DNA from: an uncultured Bacteroidales bacterium
Lineage (GTDB): Bacteria; Bacteroidota; Bacteroidia; Bacteroidales; UBA7960
Assembly (NCBI GenBank): GCA_964624065.1
Contig: CAZUWF010000001.1
Coordinates: forward strand, 35,018-99,017
Length of the DNA stretch: 64,000 bases
Direction of reading: 5' to 3'
Both the position numbers and the translations under genes were made by a program. Position 1 is the first letter of the stretch. Each line of letters opens with the position of its first letter. The notes beneath the pieces are model-generated. The model searched no databases. It worked only from the letters and a program-made list of their open reading frames with translations, and had not been told where the DNA came from. Below are positions 49,609-58,481 of this stretch, piece after piece.

Positions 49609-49990
49609 AGAAATAACAGCGCACTGATAAAATTTGATGAAGGAGTATGGGGTTGTGGACTCAAAGGTTTACAAGTATAGGGATTGAGGTTTATGTTGAG
49701 AAATTGGTGAATGGTAGAGGTGCTATTAGTGCGCAATGGTTGAAGCGAGTGACGACCTTGGTTTTGGTCCCTAATGGGGGAGATTGAGGGCTAAGTCGGT
49801 ACCTACGGAAGCGGTTTCAAACACAGGAGGGTCGGACAGTTGATAGCTGCGGCTTGTATGGGCGCAATGATTTGCACCTAAAGGGTCTCGTAATTGAGGG
49901 TATCAACATCACCCGAAATCCATTATTTGACTTAGAATAAAAAAAACTTTGTGGTTATAAAAAAAAGAATTATCCTGCGGGAGGAGACAA
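49609..49990 (+). other. C-depleted, stop-rich non-coding spacer inside the glycan operon with 3 x ATTGAGG
   Basis: I count 8 C against 40 G in 49621-49740. ATTGAGG occurs at 49683, 49783 and 49893, giving spacings of 100 and 110 nt. GCGCAATG occurs at 49731 and 49862. The spacer ends with GGGAGGAG 5 nt before the ATG at 49991. Confidence 0.6.
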
Positions 49991-51046
49991 ATGACAGATG
50001 GGAACAATCGGATAGGTGAGCTTGAGAAGGTACGGTTTGCGATTTTAGGTTGCGGACACATTGGCAAGCGGCACGCAGAAGTGATCTTAAACAATTCCGA
50101 GGCACGTTTGGTTGGGCTGTGCGACATTAAGCCTGTCCATACATTGGGCGTGCAAGATTTGGGCTTGCCATTTTTCGATGATATTGACAAAATGCTCGAC
50201 AGCAACATAGAAATTGACGCTGTTTGTGTTTGCACGCCAAACGGGCTACATGCGGAGCATACCATAAAGGCTTTGAGACATGGAATAAATGTTGTTTGCG
50301 AAAAGCCAATGGCCTTGACTCAAGCAAGCTGCCGGCAAATGATTGAAACCTCTCGAAAATCCAGCAAGCAAATTTTCGTGGTGATGCAAAACCGGTATTC
50401 CCCTCCTGCCTTGTGGCTAAAACAGATGATGGACGAAAAAAGGTTGGGCGAAATTTTTATGGTGCAGGTGAACTGCTTTTGGAACCGCGACCACAGATAT
50501 TACGGCGATGCTGACTGGAGGGGAACCTTGAGTTTTGATGGAGGAACGCTCTTCACCCAATTCGCGCACTTTGTGGATATGATCTATTGGATTTTTGGCA
50601 AAATAAAAATCAGAACTGTTTCCCTGGCCGATTTTTCGCATTCTGAATTAACCCAGTTCGAAGATTCTGGAATTGTAACTTTCTCTCTTGAAAATGGCGG
50701 GCAGGGATGCCTCAACTTCTCAACGGCAATTTGGGATAAAAATATGGAGAGCAGCATTACGGTAATTGGGAGTAGGGGAAGCGTTAAAATTGGCGGGCAG
50801 TATATGAACCAAATTGAATACTGCCACGCAAAGGATTTCTTGCAACCAGAACTGCCACCCTCAAACCCTCCAAACAGCTACGGCGCTTACAAGGGAAGTG
50901 CCGCAAACCATCATTTCGTAATTCAAAACGTTATTGATGTCCTCAAGGGCAAGGCAGTACCCACAACATCTGAACGGGACGGGATGGCGGTCATTGACAT
51001 TATCGAGCGTGTTTACAAAATGGGCAAAAAGAATTTCGCCAAATGA
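49991..51046 (+). CDS. Gfo/Idh/MocA family oxidoreductase (WbpB-like UDP-sugar 3-dehydrogenase)
   Basis: 351 aa with the Rossmann motif FAILGCGHIGKRHA and the family-typical EKP in VVCEKPMALT. Confidence 0.88.
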   Translation: MTDGNNRIGELEKVRFAILGCGHIGKRHAEVILNNSEARLVGLCDIKPVHTLGVQDLGLPFFDDIDKMLDSNIEIDAVCVCTPNGLHAEHTIKALRHGINVVCEKPMALTQASCRQMIETSRKSSKQIFVVMQNRYSPPALWLKQMMDEKRLGEIFMVQVNCFWNRDHRYYGDADWRGTLSFDGGTLFTQFAHFVDMIYWIFGKIKIRTVSLADFSHSELTQFEDSGIVTFSLENGGQGCLNFSTAIWDKNMESSITVIGSRGSVKIGGQYMNQIEYCHAKDFLQPELPPSNPPNSYGAYKGSAANHHFVIQNVIDVLKGKAVPTTSERDGMAVIDIIERVYKMGKKNFAK

Positions 51047-51813
51047 ATTTTCTGATAAAATTATTTCAAGGAAATTTAAACCCCATCGCGGCTGACCTTT
51101 CTCGGGTAGGCGTAGATATGCACTCACACCTGCTTCCGGGTTTGGACGACGGTTCTCCTAATATGGAAACCACCCTCTTCTTGCTCCAAAGGTTGGTTGA
51201 GCTCGGTTACAAAAAGGCAATTACCACGCCGCACGTTATGTTCGACCTTTATCGAAACACCCCTGAATTAATCAAGGAAGCCGAAAAAAATGTTAGGGAC
51301 GAAATTGCTAAAAATCAAATTAACATTGAGTTTGAAGCCGCAGCCGAATACTTGATTGACGAGGGATTTGAAGGCATTTTGGCAAAAAGGAAATTACTAA
51401 CCTTTGGCAACAATTTTTTGTTGGTTGAACTGCCGTACTCTGCCGAACCACCCAATTTGGGCAACATTTTGTTCGATTTAAAAATAAAAGGCTACAATGT
51501 TGTTCTGGCACACCCCGAACGTTATTCATACTGGCACCAAAACTACGACAAGTACGAAAACTTGAAGGATGCAGGTATTCTTTTTCAGCTTAACGCCCAT
51601 TCAGTAACTAATTTTCATTCGAAAGATATCCACAAAATTGCCTCTTGGCTCGTGAAGAAGCAAATGATTGATTTTTTAGGAACCGACCTTCACGGCAAAC
51701 GGTATTTGTCTTTGCTGGAAAAAGCAGCCAGGAATCCATTGTTGAGAGATTTACTGAATTCGGGAAAGCTTAAAAACCACGAACTCCTAATACCTAGAGC
51801 CAACAGCCAGTAG
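51043..51813 (+). CDS. CpsB/CapC-type PHP-domain protein-tyrosine phosphatase
   Basis: 256 aa. VDMHSHLLPGLDDGS, TPHV and AHPERY are metal-binding motifs. The start overlaps the upstream stop (ATGA at 51043-51046). Confidence 0.88.
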   Translation: MNFLIKLFQGNLNPIAADLSRVGVDMHSHLLPGLDDGSPNMETTLFLLQRLVELGYKKAITTPHVMFDLYRNTPELIKEAEKNVRDEIAKNQINIEFEAAAEYLIDEGFEGILAKRKLLTFGNNFLLVELPYSAEPPNLGNILFDLKIKGYNVVLAHPERYSYWHQNYDKYENLKDAGILFQLNAHSVTNFHSKDIHKIASWLVKKQMIDFLGTDLHGKRYLSLLEKAARNPLLRDLLNSGKLKNHELLIPRANSQ

Positions 51814-51819
51814 CACAAA

Positions 51820-52659
51820 ATGACCCTCAAAAAAATATGTGCCATTACCATGGCTCGAAACGACCAGTTCTTTCTTAACCGCTGGATAGAATACTACGGC
51901 AGGGAACTAGGCGAGGGGAACTTGTATGTTTACCTTGATGGTGTTGATCAGCCCATACCTGCCAACCCTGGCAAGGCACACATAATACATAAAGAAAGGG
52001 TTGTTGAGCACGTGGTCGCAGCCGAAAAACGACGCTTGGGATTCCTGTCTGATGTTGCTGCAAAGCTGTTGCAGGCTTACGACATAGTTATTGGAGTGGA
52101 TGCCGACGAATTTTTGGTGGTTGACCCCAAGTGTGGTATGACATTGGCCCAATACCTTAGCTCGATAAACATCAACCCCTGTGTTTCGGGGCTCGGCATG
52201 GATATTGGCCAGCACCTTTGCAAGGAACCATCACTTAACCACCACCTGCCCTTCCTGGCCCAGCGCAAATACGCCTACTTGTCATCGCGCTATACCAAAC
52301 CATCCGTAATATCCAAACCCGTTAAGTGGGGCTCTGGGTTTCACAGGGTAAAGGGACGCAACTTTAAGATTGACCCAAACTTGTACCTGTTTCATTTTGG
52401 TTCGGTTGATATGCAAATGATAAATATGCGGTTTCAGGACAAGGACAGGATGGCAACCGGACGAGAAAGCCACATACGCAAAAGGGCAAGGACAATTCAC
52501 TTGGTCACCCAAAGGCAGGCTTTAAAAAATGAACTATGGTTAAAGCTTGCACGGGTGGTTCAAACTATTTTTCGTCCGGTTTACGCCATCAACAAGCCCT
52601 CTATGGCTGGTTTAAAAGTGATTGTAAAAGTTCCCGAAAGGTTTAAAAACGTGGTTTAA
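51820..52659 (+). CDS. GT-A-fold glycosyltransferase-like protein, paralog B
   Basis: 279 aa. ICAITMARNDQFFLNRWIEYYG, VDADEFL and C-terminal IFRPV...VIVKVPERFKNVV. It is colinear with paralog A. Confidence 0.8.
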   Translation: MTLKKICAITMARNDQFFLNRWIEYYGRELGEGNLYVYLDGVDQPIPANPGKAHIIHKERVVEHVVAAEKRRLGFLSDVAAKLLQAYDIVIGVDADEFLVVDPKCGMTLAQYLSSININPCVSGLGMDIGQHLCKEPSLNHHLPFLAQRKYAYLSSRYTKPSVISKPVKWGSGFHRVKGRNFKIDPNLYLFHFGSVDMQMINMRFQDKDRMATGRESHIRKRARTIHLVTQRQALKNELWLKLARVVQTIFRPVYAINKPSMAGLKVIVKVPERFKNVV

Positions 52660-52668
52660 CCGCACGGC

Positions 52669-53664
52669 TCAGAAACCAAAGGAAATAACCTTTGTTTCGG
52701 TAAGTGTCAACACTGAAACATACCCGAGGTAGAGTATGAACAACAACCACCCCTGCCACCTATTCAAAACATTCTTTTGGGGAATTAACAAGAAAACAAA
52801 AAGAATTAGAGTTGAGAAAACCCCAACTAGAATATCGAAATTCAAGGCAGTGTTGAAATCAATGGGTTGAATGGTTGTACTTATTCCAATTACAAAAAAC
52901 ACGTTGAAAATATTTGAGCCAACGATGTTGCCTATTATCAAACCCGCATTTTTTTTATGGGCCGCTACCACGCAGGTTGCAAGTTCGGGTAAGGATGTTC
53001 CAAGCGCAACAATTGTCAAGCTTATTATGGCCTCTCCCATACCAAGCATCGAAGCAAGCTGTGTTGCACCGTCAACGATCCACTTGCCGCCAAGCACCAA
53101 GCCTCCAATTCCAGCAAAAATCATTACAATTGACTTTTTCATGGAATAGCTTTTAACCTCAACCTCATCGTCGGTGCCGGTATTTCCATACTTGAAGGTG
53201 TAATACATGAAGCCGAGAAAAATAATCATCAAGATTATTCCATTAGTTCGTCCAATAACTGGTTCGGTGGCGTTAGTAAACAGGTAATCGTTTGCAAGCA
53301 AGCCGATAAGAATTGCCCCGAAAAGTGCAAAGGGGATTTCCAAGGCAAAAGGGATCTTTTTGAAAGGATGGTTTATGCTCACCGACAAAGGGTAAATGAT
53401 AGCCGAAACCCCAAGTATCAAAAAGATGTTAGTGATGTTGCTCCCTAGAATATTGCCCATAGCAACATCGGCCGCACCCTGGAAACTTGCAAAAAGGTTA
53501 ACTACCAGTTCGGGCGTCGAAGTGCCGAGGGCAACTATGGTAAGGCCAATTACCAGGTTAGAAACACCATATTTCTTGGCTATTGATGCCGAAGCGTCAA
53601 CCAAGAAGTTTGCCCCGTAAACCAATACCACGAAGCCGAGTACGAAGAGAATTACAGTAATCAA
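52669..53664 (-). CDS. calcium/sodium antiporter (CaCA/YrbG family)
   Basis: 331 aa with two alpha-repeats, GNILGSNITNIFLILG and GNIVGSNIFNVFFVIG. The start is TTG; an in-frame TGA lies 15 nt upstream. Confidence 0.92.
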   Translation of the reverse strand: MITVILFVLGFVVLVYGANFLVDASASIAKKYGVSNLVIGLTIVALGTSTPELVVNLFASFQGAADVAMGNILGSNITNIFLILGVSAIIYPLSVSINHPFKKIPFALEIPFALFGAILIGLLANDYLFTNATEPVIGRTNGIILMIIFLGFMYYTFKYGNTGTDDEVEVKSYSMKKSIVMIFAGIGGLVLGGKWIVDGATQLASMLGMGEAIISLTIVALGTSLPELATCVVAAHKKNAGLIIGNIVGSNIFNVFFVIGISTTIQPIDFNTALNFDILVGVFSTLILFVFLLIPQKNVLNRWQGWLLFILYLGYVSVLTLTETKVISFGF

Positions 53665-53880
53665 GGTAGTGAGTTTTTGTCAATTAAAGATTTTAGTCTT
53701 AAAAGACCTCTGATTTTTTTGTTTTATTTAGCGGGCGGCACTTCTCCACCGATTTTTTTTCAACTTTATGGTATTAAGCGCCTTAAGGATTTTTTTTGCC
53801 TGCCATAATTTCTTGCTCTTAAAAGTTTCCATTTATTCCACGAGCCGGCATTCAGAAAGGGTTAGGGGGCGATTGTCCTG

Positions 53881-54765
53881 TCAGGTTAGAGCACTATAAG
53901 CTTCAACATCTGGTTTAACCTTTTTCACCAAACCCTGCAAAACCGTACCGGGGCCAACTTCCACGAAGGTGGAGGCCCCATCGGCTATCATATTTTGCAT
54001 TATGTAAGTCCACTTGACCGGACTGGTAAGCTGTGCAATTAGGTTTTCCTTGATTTGCTCGGGATTGGTGTAGGGCTTGGCGTCAACATTTTGGTAAACC
54101 GGGCAAATTGGTGAATAGATTACTGTCTCATTAATGGCTTGGGCCAATTTCATACGTGCAGGTTCCATGAGCGGCGAGTGGAATGCTCCTCCAACTTTCA
54201 AAGGCAAAGCCCTCTTTGCCCCGGCCTCCTTGAGTTTTTCGCAGGCAATTTCAACGCCCTTTAGGCTGCCAGAAATCACCAATTGACCCGGGCAATTGTA
54301 GTTGGCCGCCACAACCACCTGGTCTATTGCCGCGCAAATTTCTTCCACCTTTTGGTCATCCAAGCCAATTATGGCCGCCATGGTCGAAGGTTCTGCCTCG
54401 CAGGCTTCCTGCATTGCCATAGCCCGCTTGGTAACCAGTTTAAGTCCATCCTCGAATGAAAGTGCGCCGGCTGCCACCAAAGCCGAAAACTCGCCAAGGG
54501 AGTGGCCTGCAACCATATCGGGCCTGAAATCTTTGCCCAAGAACTTGGCCAAAATTACCGAATGGAGGAAGATTGCCGGCTGTGTAACCTTGGTTTGTCG
54601 CAAGTCCTCGTCAGTACCCTCAAACATTAGATCGGTTATGCGAAAACCCAATATTTCGTTTGCCGTTTCAAACATAGCAGCGGCATCGCCCCACTTTTCG
54701 TAGAGATCCTTACCCATTCCAACGAACTGAGCCCCCTGTCCGGGAAAAACATACGCTTTCTTCAT
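53881..54765 (-). CDS. fabD: ACP S-malonyltransferase
   Basis: 294 aa. FPGQGAQ..GMG, GHSLGEFSAL and GAFHSPLM are present. Confidence 0.97.
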   Translation of the reverse strand: MKKAYVFPGQGAQFVGMGKDLYEKWGDAAAMFETANEILGFRITDLMFEGTDEDLRQTKVTQPAIFLHSVILAKFLGKDFRPDMVAGHSLGEFSALVAAGALSFEDGLKLVTKRAMAMQEACEAEPSTMAAIIGLDDQKVEEICAAIDQVVVAANYNCPGQLVISGSLKGVEIACEKLKEAGAKRALPLKVGGAFHSPLMEPARMKLAQAINETVIYSPICPVYQNVDAKPYTNPEQIKENLIAQLTSPVKWTYIMQNMIADGASTFVEVGPGTVLQGLVKKVKPDVEAYSALT

Positions 54766-54797
54766 ATTTGGTAATTTTTTGCTAGGAAAAAAGTGGG

Positions 54798-54805
54798 CAA
54801 AGGTA
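54798..54805 (-). promoter_or_regulatory. -7 box TACCTTTG for fabD
   Basis: The plus strand reads caaaggta. It lies 33-40 nt upstream of the ATG at 54765. Confidence 0.5.
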
Positions 54806-54900
54806 CTTTTTTTTTTGAGATTAACAGTGGTTTTTACTTAAGCCGGAATTCAATCCCATCGGTAACTCAGGCTTTTTCATTGTCAGAAAGGTCAAAAATG

Positions 54901-55614
54901 TCAAATTAGCGCCCTCCAAACCGAATCGTTTGGCACAGGTGCGGTAAAGCTCAAGGGTAATTTCAGAACCGGATGCTCCAATTCTACCGAGCGTGCGTGC
55001 AGGTGTATGCTGCCGTCGGGGTTGCTGCGGTCGAAGCCATACTTTAGGTCGCCTTTAATGGGGCTGCCAATGGCTGACAGTTGTGCTCTAATCTGATGGT
55101 GCCTGCCAGTTAGCAATTCCACTTCCACCAAGTAATAATTATCGGATCGGCCCACGGTTCTGTAAATTAAGTCTGCCTTTTTGGCTCCAGGCTTGTTAGG
55201 ATCTACAACGTAAGACCTGTTTTGCTTCTCGTTTTTTAGCAGGTGGTGAATTAACTTGCCTTCGGAGGGGTTTGGGGGATTTTTTACTACGGCCAGGTAA
55301 TTCTTTTTCAATTTTCGGTCTTTTAACATCTGGTTCATACGAGCCAGGGCTTTTGAAGTGCGGGCAAAAATCACCACACCGCTCGTGGGCCGGTCAATGC
55401 GGTGAACCACCCCCAAGAAAACCTTTCCGGGTTTTTGATATTTTTCGCCAAGGTATTGCTTCACCAATTCTACAAGCGGAACATCGCCTGTTTTGTCGCC
55501 TTGCACTATCTCCGAGGGCTTCTTGTTTACAACTATCAGGTGGTTGTCTTCATATAATACACGGCAGGATAGATCCTTAAGGTGGGGTGATAAATTTTTG
55601 GGTTCGCTGGCCAT
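54901..55614 (-). CDS. RluA family pseudouridine synthase
   Basis: 237 aa. VHRIDRPTSGVVIFARTSKA contains the catalytic Asp motif, and HQIRAQL is present. Confidence 0.92.
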   Translation of the reverse strand: MASEPKNLSPHLKDLSCRVLYEDNHLIVVNKKPSEIVQGDKTGDVPLVELVKQYLGEKYQKPGKVFLGVVHRIDRPTSGVVIFARTSKALARMNQMLKDRKLKKNYLAVVKNPPNPSEGKLIHHLLKNEKQNRSYVVDPNKPGAKKADLIYRTVGRSDNYYLVEVELLTGRHHQIRAQLSAIGSPIKGDLKYGFDRSNPDGSIHLHARSVELEHPVLKLPLSFTAPVPNDSVWRALI

Positions 55615-55639
55615 TTATTGAATTTTGTATTGTTGGCTG

Positions 55640-55647
55640 CAAAGTTA
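55640..55647 (-). promoter_or_regulatory. -7 box TAACTTTG for the RluA-family gene
   Basis: The plus strand reads caaagtta. It lies 26-33 nt upstream of the ATG at 55614. Confidence 0.45.
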
Positions 55648-55762
55648 ACGCCATAATGGGTTGATTTGCTGATGTAATAATTACTAGATTATGGTTGATT
55701 AAAACGCCATAACCTGCCAACCTCCCAACAGATCAACCATCCAATCCCACAAATCCGCCTTC

Positions 55763-58360
55763 TTAAAAGTTCTTCTTTGGGTAAAGCTCATCCCACCATT
55801 GGGGCTGACTCTTCAGGTGCTTTTCCCACCAGGCCATAATTGTATTGTGCCATTCTATTCTTCGATTGTAATTGGTTATTGTATGGTCTTCGCCCTTGAC
55901 CAAAACTAATTCAACCGGTCGGTTTAAAATTTTCAGGGCAGTGTACATTTGAATGCTTTCGCCCGGGGGCACGTTTGTGTCGCTGTCGCCGGTAAGGAGT
56001 AGCAGGGGAGTTTTGACCTTGTCGGCATGAAACAAAGGACTTTGCCCAACGTATATTTCGGGATTGTTCCAGGGGAAACTTTCGGCCGTGGCTTCTGCAG
56101 AATAGGCATAACCCCAAAAACCTTCGCCCCAGTAGCTCGAAATTGAACTTATGCCCGCATGCGAAATCGCGGCTGCAAACAAATCGGTGCGGGTCATCAA
56201 GAGCATTGTCATAAATCCCCCGTATGAAGCGCCCGCGCAGCCAACCCTGGCGGGGTCGGTAAAATGATGGGCTTCCAAGAAAGCCTTGGTGCATTCAATG
56301 ATTTCATCGGCAACGGTTGTTCCCCAATTGTTTACGTGGGCTGCCGAAAACTCTTGCCCGAAACCAATGGCCCCACTTGGTTGCAAAACATATACAACGT
56401 ATCCGTTGCCCGCCCAAAGATTAAAGGGATACCGCCCTCCAAAAGTCCTGCCAACAGGCGTTGTACCGGCATAGTAATAAACTATAACCGGATATTTCTC
56501 CGCAGGGTCGAAGTTGGGCGGCAGGTAATACCGTCCGGTTACATTCACGTTTGTGCTCGTTTTGAAATCCCAATTTTGGATAGCCCCAAACTCTACGTGT
56601 TGGTAATTGAATGATTCGGTATCAGCCAAAAGTTCAACCTTGTTGTTTTTCAGGTTGAAAGAAAAAGATTTTGCCGGAGAGTTTGTGTTAGACCCCATAA
56701 ATGTTGCCATAGGGCTTTTGATGGAAAAATCAACGGCGGTAATCATATCCACGCCGGTTTCAAGTAACCTGAAGGTGCCCTTTTCTGGATCGTAACTATA
56801 AAGGCGTTGAAAGTCTGCTTCAACTACGTGTAGGTATATTGTATTGTTGGTTGGATGCCAATAAGCCGACAAAACCGAAGGGTCAAAATTCTTGGTAAAT
56901 GCCTTGACATCTTTTGTGGTCAAATCATAAATGTATGCTTGCCTATCGTAATTGTTTGGAGTTGTTCCCTCCGGAACGTTTACTCCCGAGCCGTTGAATG
57001 CATTTGGACCTCCTGTTGCAAGGAGCTTCTTGCCATCGGGGGAGAATGAAGCGGAAACAGCCCACCTCTGGTCATTAAGAATGGTGTCGGCGTTTAGATT
57101 TTCAAGATTTAGGAGCATCAGGGTTGTCTTGGAATAAGGTCGTTCGGAGTAGTCGGGTCTCGATGTGCTGATAAGCAAGTACTTGCTGTCCGGGCTAATG
57201 TCTTGGAGGCTCGTGGTGAGATTTCCGTAGGTCAATCTATCTGACAAGCCTGTTTCCAGATGGAACCTATAAAGGAATGTCCGGTTTCTCCAGCCGGTTT
57301 GGCGATCCTGCATTCCCAAAACCTGTCGAATGTTTGCATCGGTTCCCTTCCCTTCTTCACGTATGCCGTAAATTACAAACTTGCCACAAGGCGCCCAGCT
57401 TACTGAGGCAAGTCTCTCAATGTCCTTGATCAAGGGTTGTATTTCGCCTGTTTCAAAATCATGAAGGAACAGCGTGGCTTTATTGTCATTGGTGGAGGTG
57501 TAGCTAAGCTTGTTGGTTTTCGGATGCCAGGCAAATCTCGATACCCGTGAATGTCTGAAAGAGTGAACAAGTGCTTTGTCAGAAAATCGTCTTACCTCTG
57601 TCCAAGTTTCGGAATTGTTTGTGGGAGGAAGAGACTCCCTGTATGAAATTGTGTATAACTTCCCGTCGGGGCTGATTTGAGTTCCTGATATCTTAACCCC
57701 ATCCAGGATATGGTTTATGTTTTTGATGTTGGCAGGCAACAATGATGGTGCAATGTCGTTGGTTGCAAAACCATCATTCAAATCAATGGTTGCCGATACC
57801 TTGCAGTCAAGAGATAGATTGCCCGGATTAAGCACCTTTATTACAACCAGGTGGGTTCCTTTGGTCAGGGTAATTTCATGCGAGAACCGTCCGATTTTGT
57901 CTTCTTCCTCCTCCATCGTGGTTTTCTTCCCAAGGGACTTCCCGTTAAGGTACACTTCTAGCATTGCGGGACTCTTAACTTCGAGTTTGCCTTTTACCCA
58001 CCTTTTGGCCTTAACGTAAGAAGCAATGTAAGCAATCTCCGCCTGACCTTGCGGTGTTTTTTCAATTACAAAAAAGCCGCTATCATCTGTCAATACTTTT
58101 TTCCATCGGGTTGATTTTGTCCCCGTCCATTTTAAAGGCTTACCCTCCGTGGGAAAAAATCCTGAAATGTCAAAAGGCTGGATAGCCAAAAAATCGGCGT
58201 TTGAAAACACTTTGCCATCAACATTTTCTACGTTATGAAATGCTGGTTTTGAAACGGGTAATGGCATTGTTGCCAAGGCTGTGGATATTGCAATTTTTTC
58301 GGCAAGTGCCGTAAGTGAAATCAACAATATGGCGATGAATGATGGGAGTGAATGACTCAT
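55763..58360 (-). CDS. S9 family serine peptidase (beta-propeller + alpha/beta hydrolase) with extra N-terminal domain
   Basis: I chose the internal ATG at 58360 (signal peptide MSHSLPSFIAILLISLTALA). The 951-aa track ORF would overlap glyA and its promoter. The catalytic motif is GASYGGFMT, and the C-terminus has GDSDTNVP...EDH. Confidence 0.9.
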   Translation of the reverse strand: MSHSLPSFIAILLISLTALAEKIAISTALATMPLPVSKPAFHNVENVDGKVFSNADFLAIQPFDISGFFPTEGKPLKWTGTKSTRWKKVLTDDSGFFVIEKTPQGQAEIAYIASYVKAKRWVKGKLEVKSPAMLEVYLNGKSLGKKTTMEEEEDKIGRFSHEITLTKGTHLVVIKVLNPGNLSLDCKVSATIDLNDGFATNDIAPSLLPANIKNINHILDGVKISGTQISPDGKLYTISYRESLPPTNNSETWTEVRRFSDKALVHSFRHSRVSRFAWHPKTNKLSYTSTNDNKATLFLHDFETGEIQPLIKDIERLASVSWAPCGKFVIYGIREEGKGTDANIRQVLGMQDRQTGWRNRTFLYRFHLETGLSDRLTYGNLTTSLQDISPDSKYLLISTSRPDYSERPYSKTTLMLLNLENLNADTILNDQRWAVSASFSPDGKKLLATGGPNAFNGSGVNVPEGTTPNNYDRQAYIYDLTTKDVKAFTKNFDPSVLSAYWHPTNNTIYLHVVEADFQRLYSYDPEKGTFRLLETGVDMITAVDFSIKSPMATFMGSNTNSPAKSFSFNLKNNKVELLADTESFNYQHVEFGAIQNWDFKTSTNVNVTGRYYLPPNFDPAEKYPVIVYYYAGTTPVGRTFGGRYPFNLWAGNGYVVYVLQPSGAIGFGQEFSAAHVNNWGTTVADEIIECTKAFLEAHHFTDPARVGCAGASYGGFMTMLLMTRTDLFAAAISHAGISSISSYWGEGFWGYAYSAEATAESFPWNNPEIYVGQSPLFHADKVKTPLLLLTGDSDTNVPPGESIQMYTALKILNRPVELVLVKGEDHTITNYNRRIEWHNTIMAWWEKHLKSQPQWWDELYPKKNF

Positions 58361-58437
58361 ATTTTCGTGGTTTTGTAAGTAAAACGATGTGGCGAAAATA
58401 CGAAAAATGCTTGTTCCTTTGGTATGAAAATTAGAAG

Positions 58438-58445
58438 TATATTTG
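58438..58445 (+). promoter_or_regulatory. -7 box TATATTTG for glyA
   Basis: An exact TAnnTTTG lies 37-44 nt upstream of the ATG at 58482. Confidence 0.5.
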
Positions 58446-58481
58446 CGGCAATTATCAAAAACAATAAAATTTAATATTAGC

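Noticed and set aside
49512-49736. A 74-aa minus-strand ORF lies inside the C-depleted spacer.
   Set aside because: Its translation is low-complexity (P/S/T/L/H-rich), which follows from the base skew. It overlaps the 3' end of the acetyltransferase gene and has no start context.
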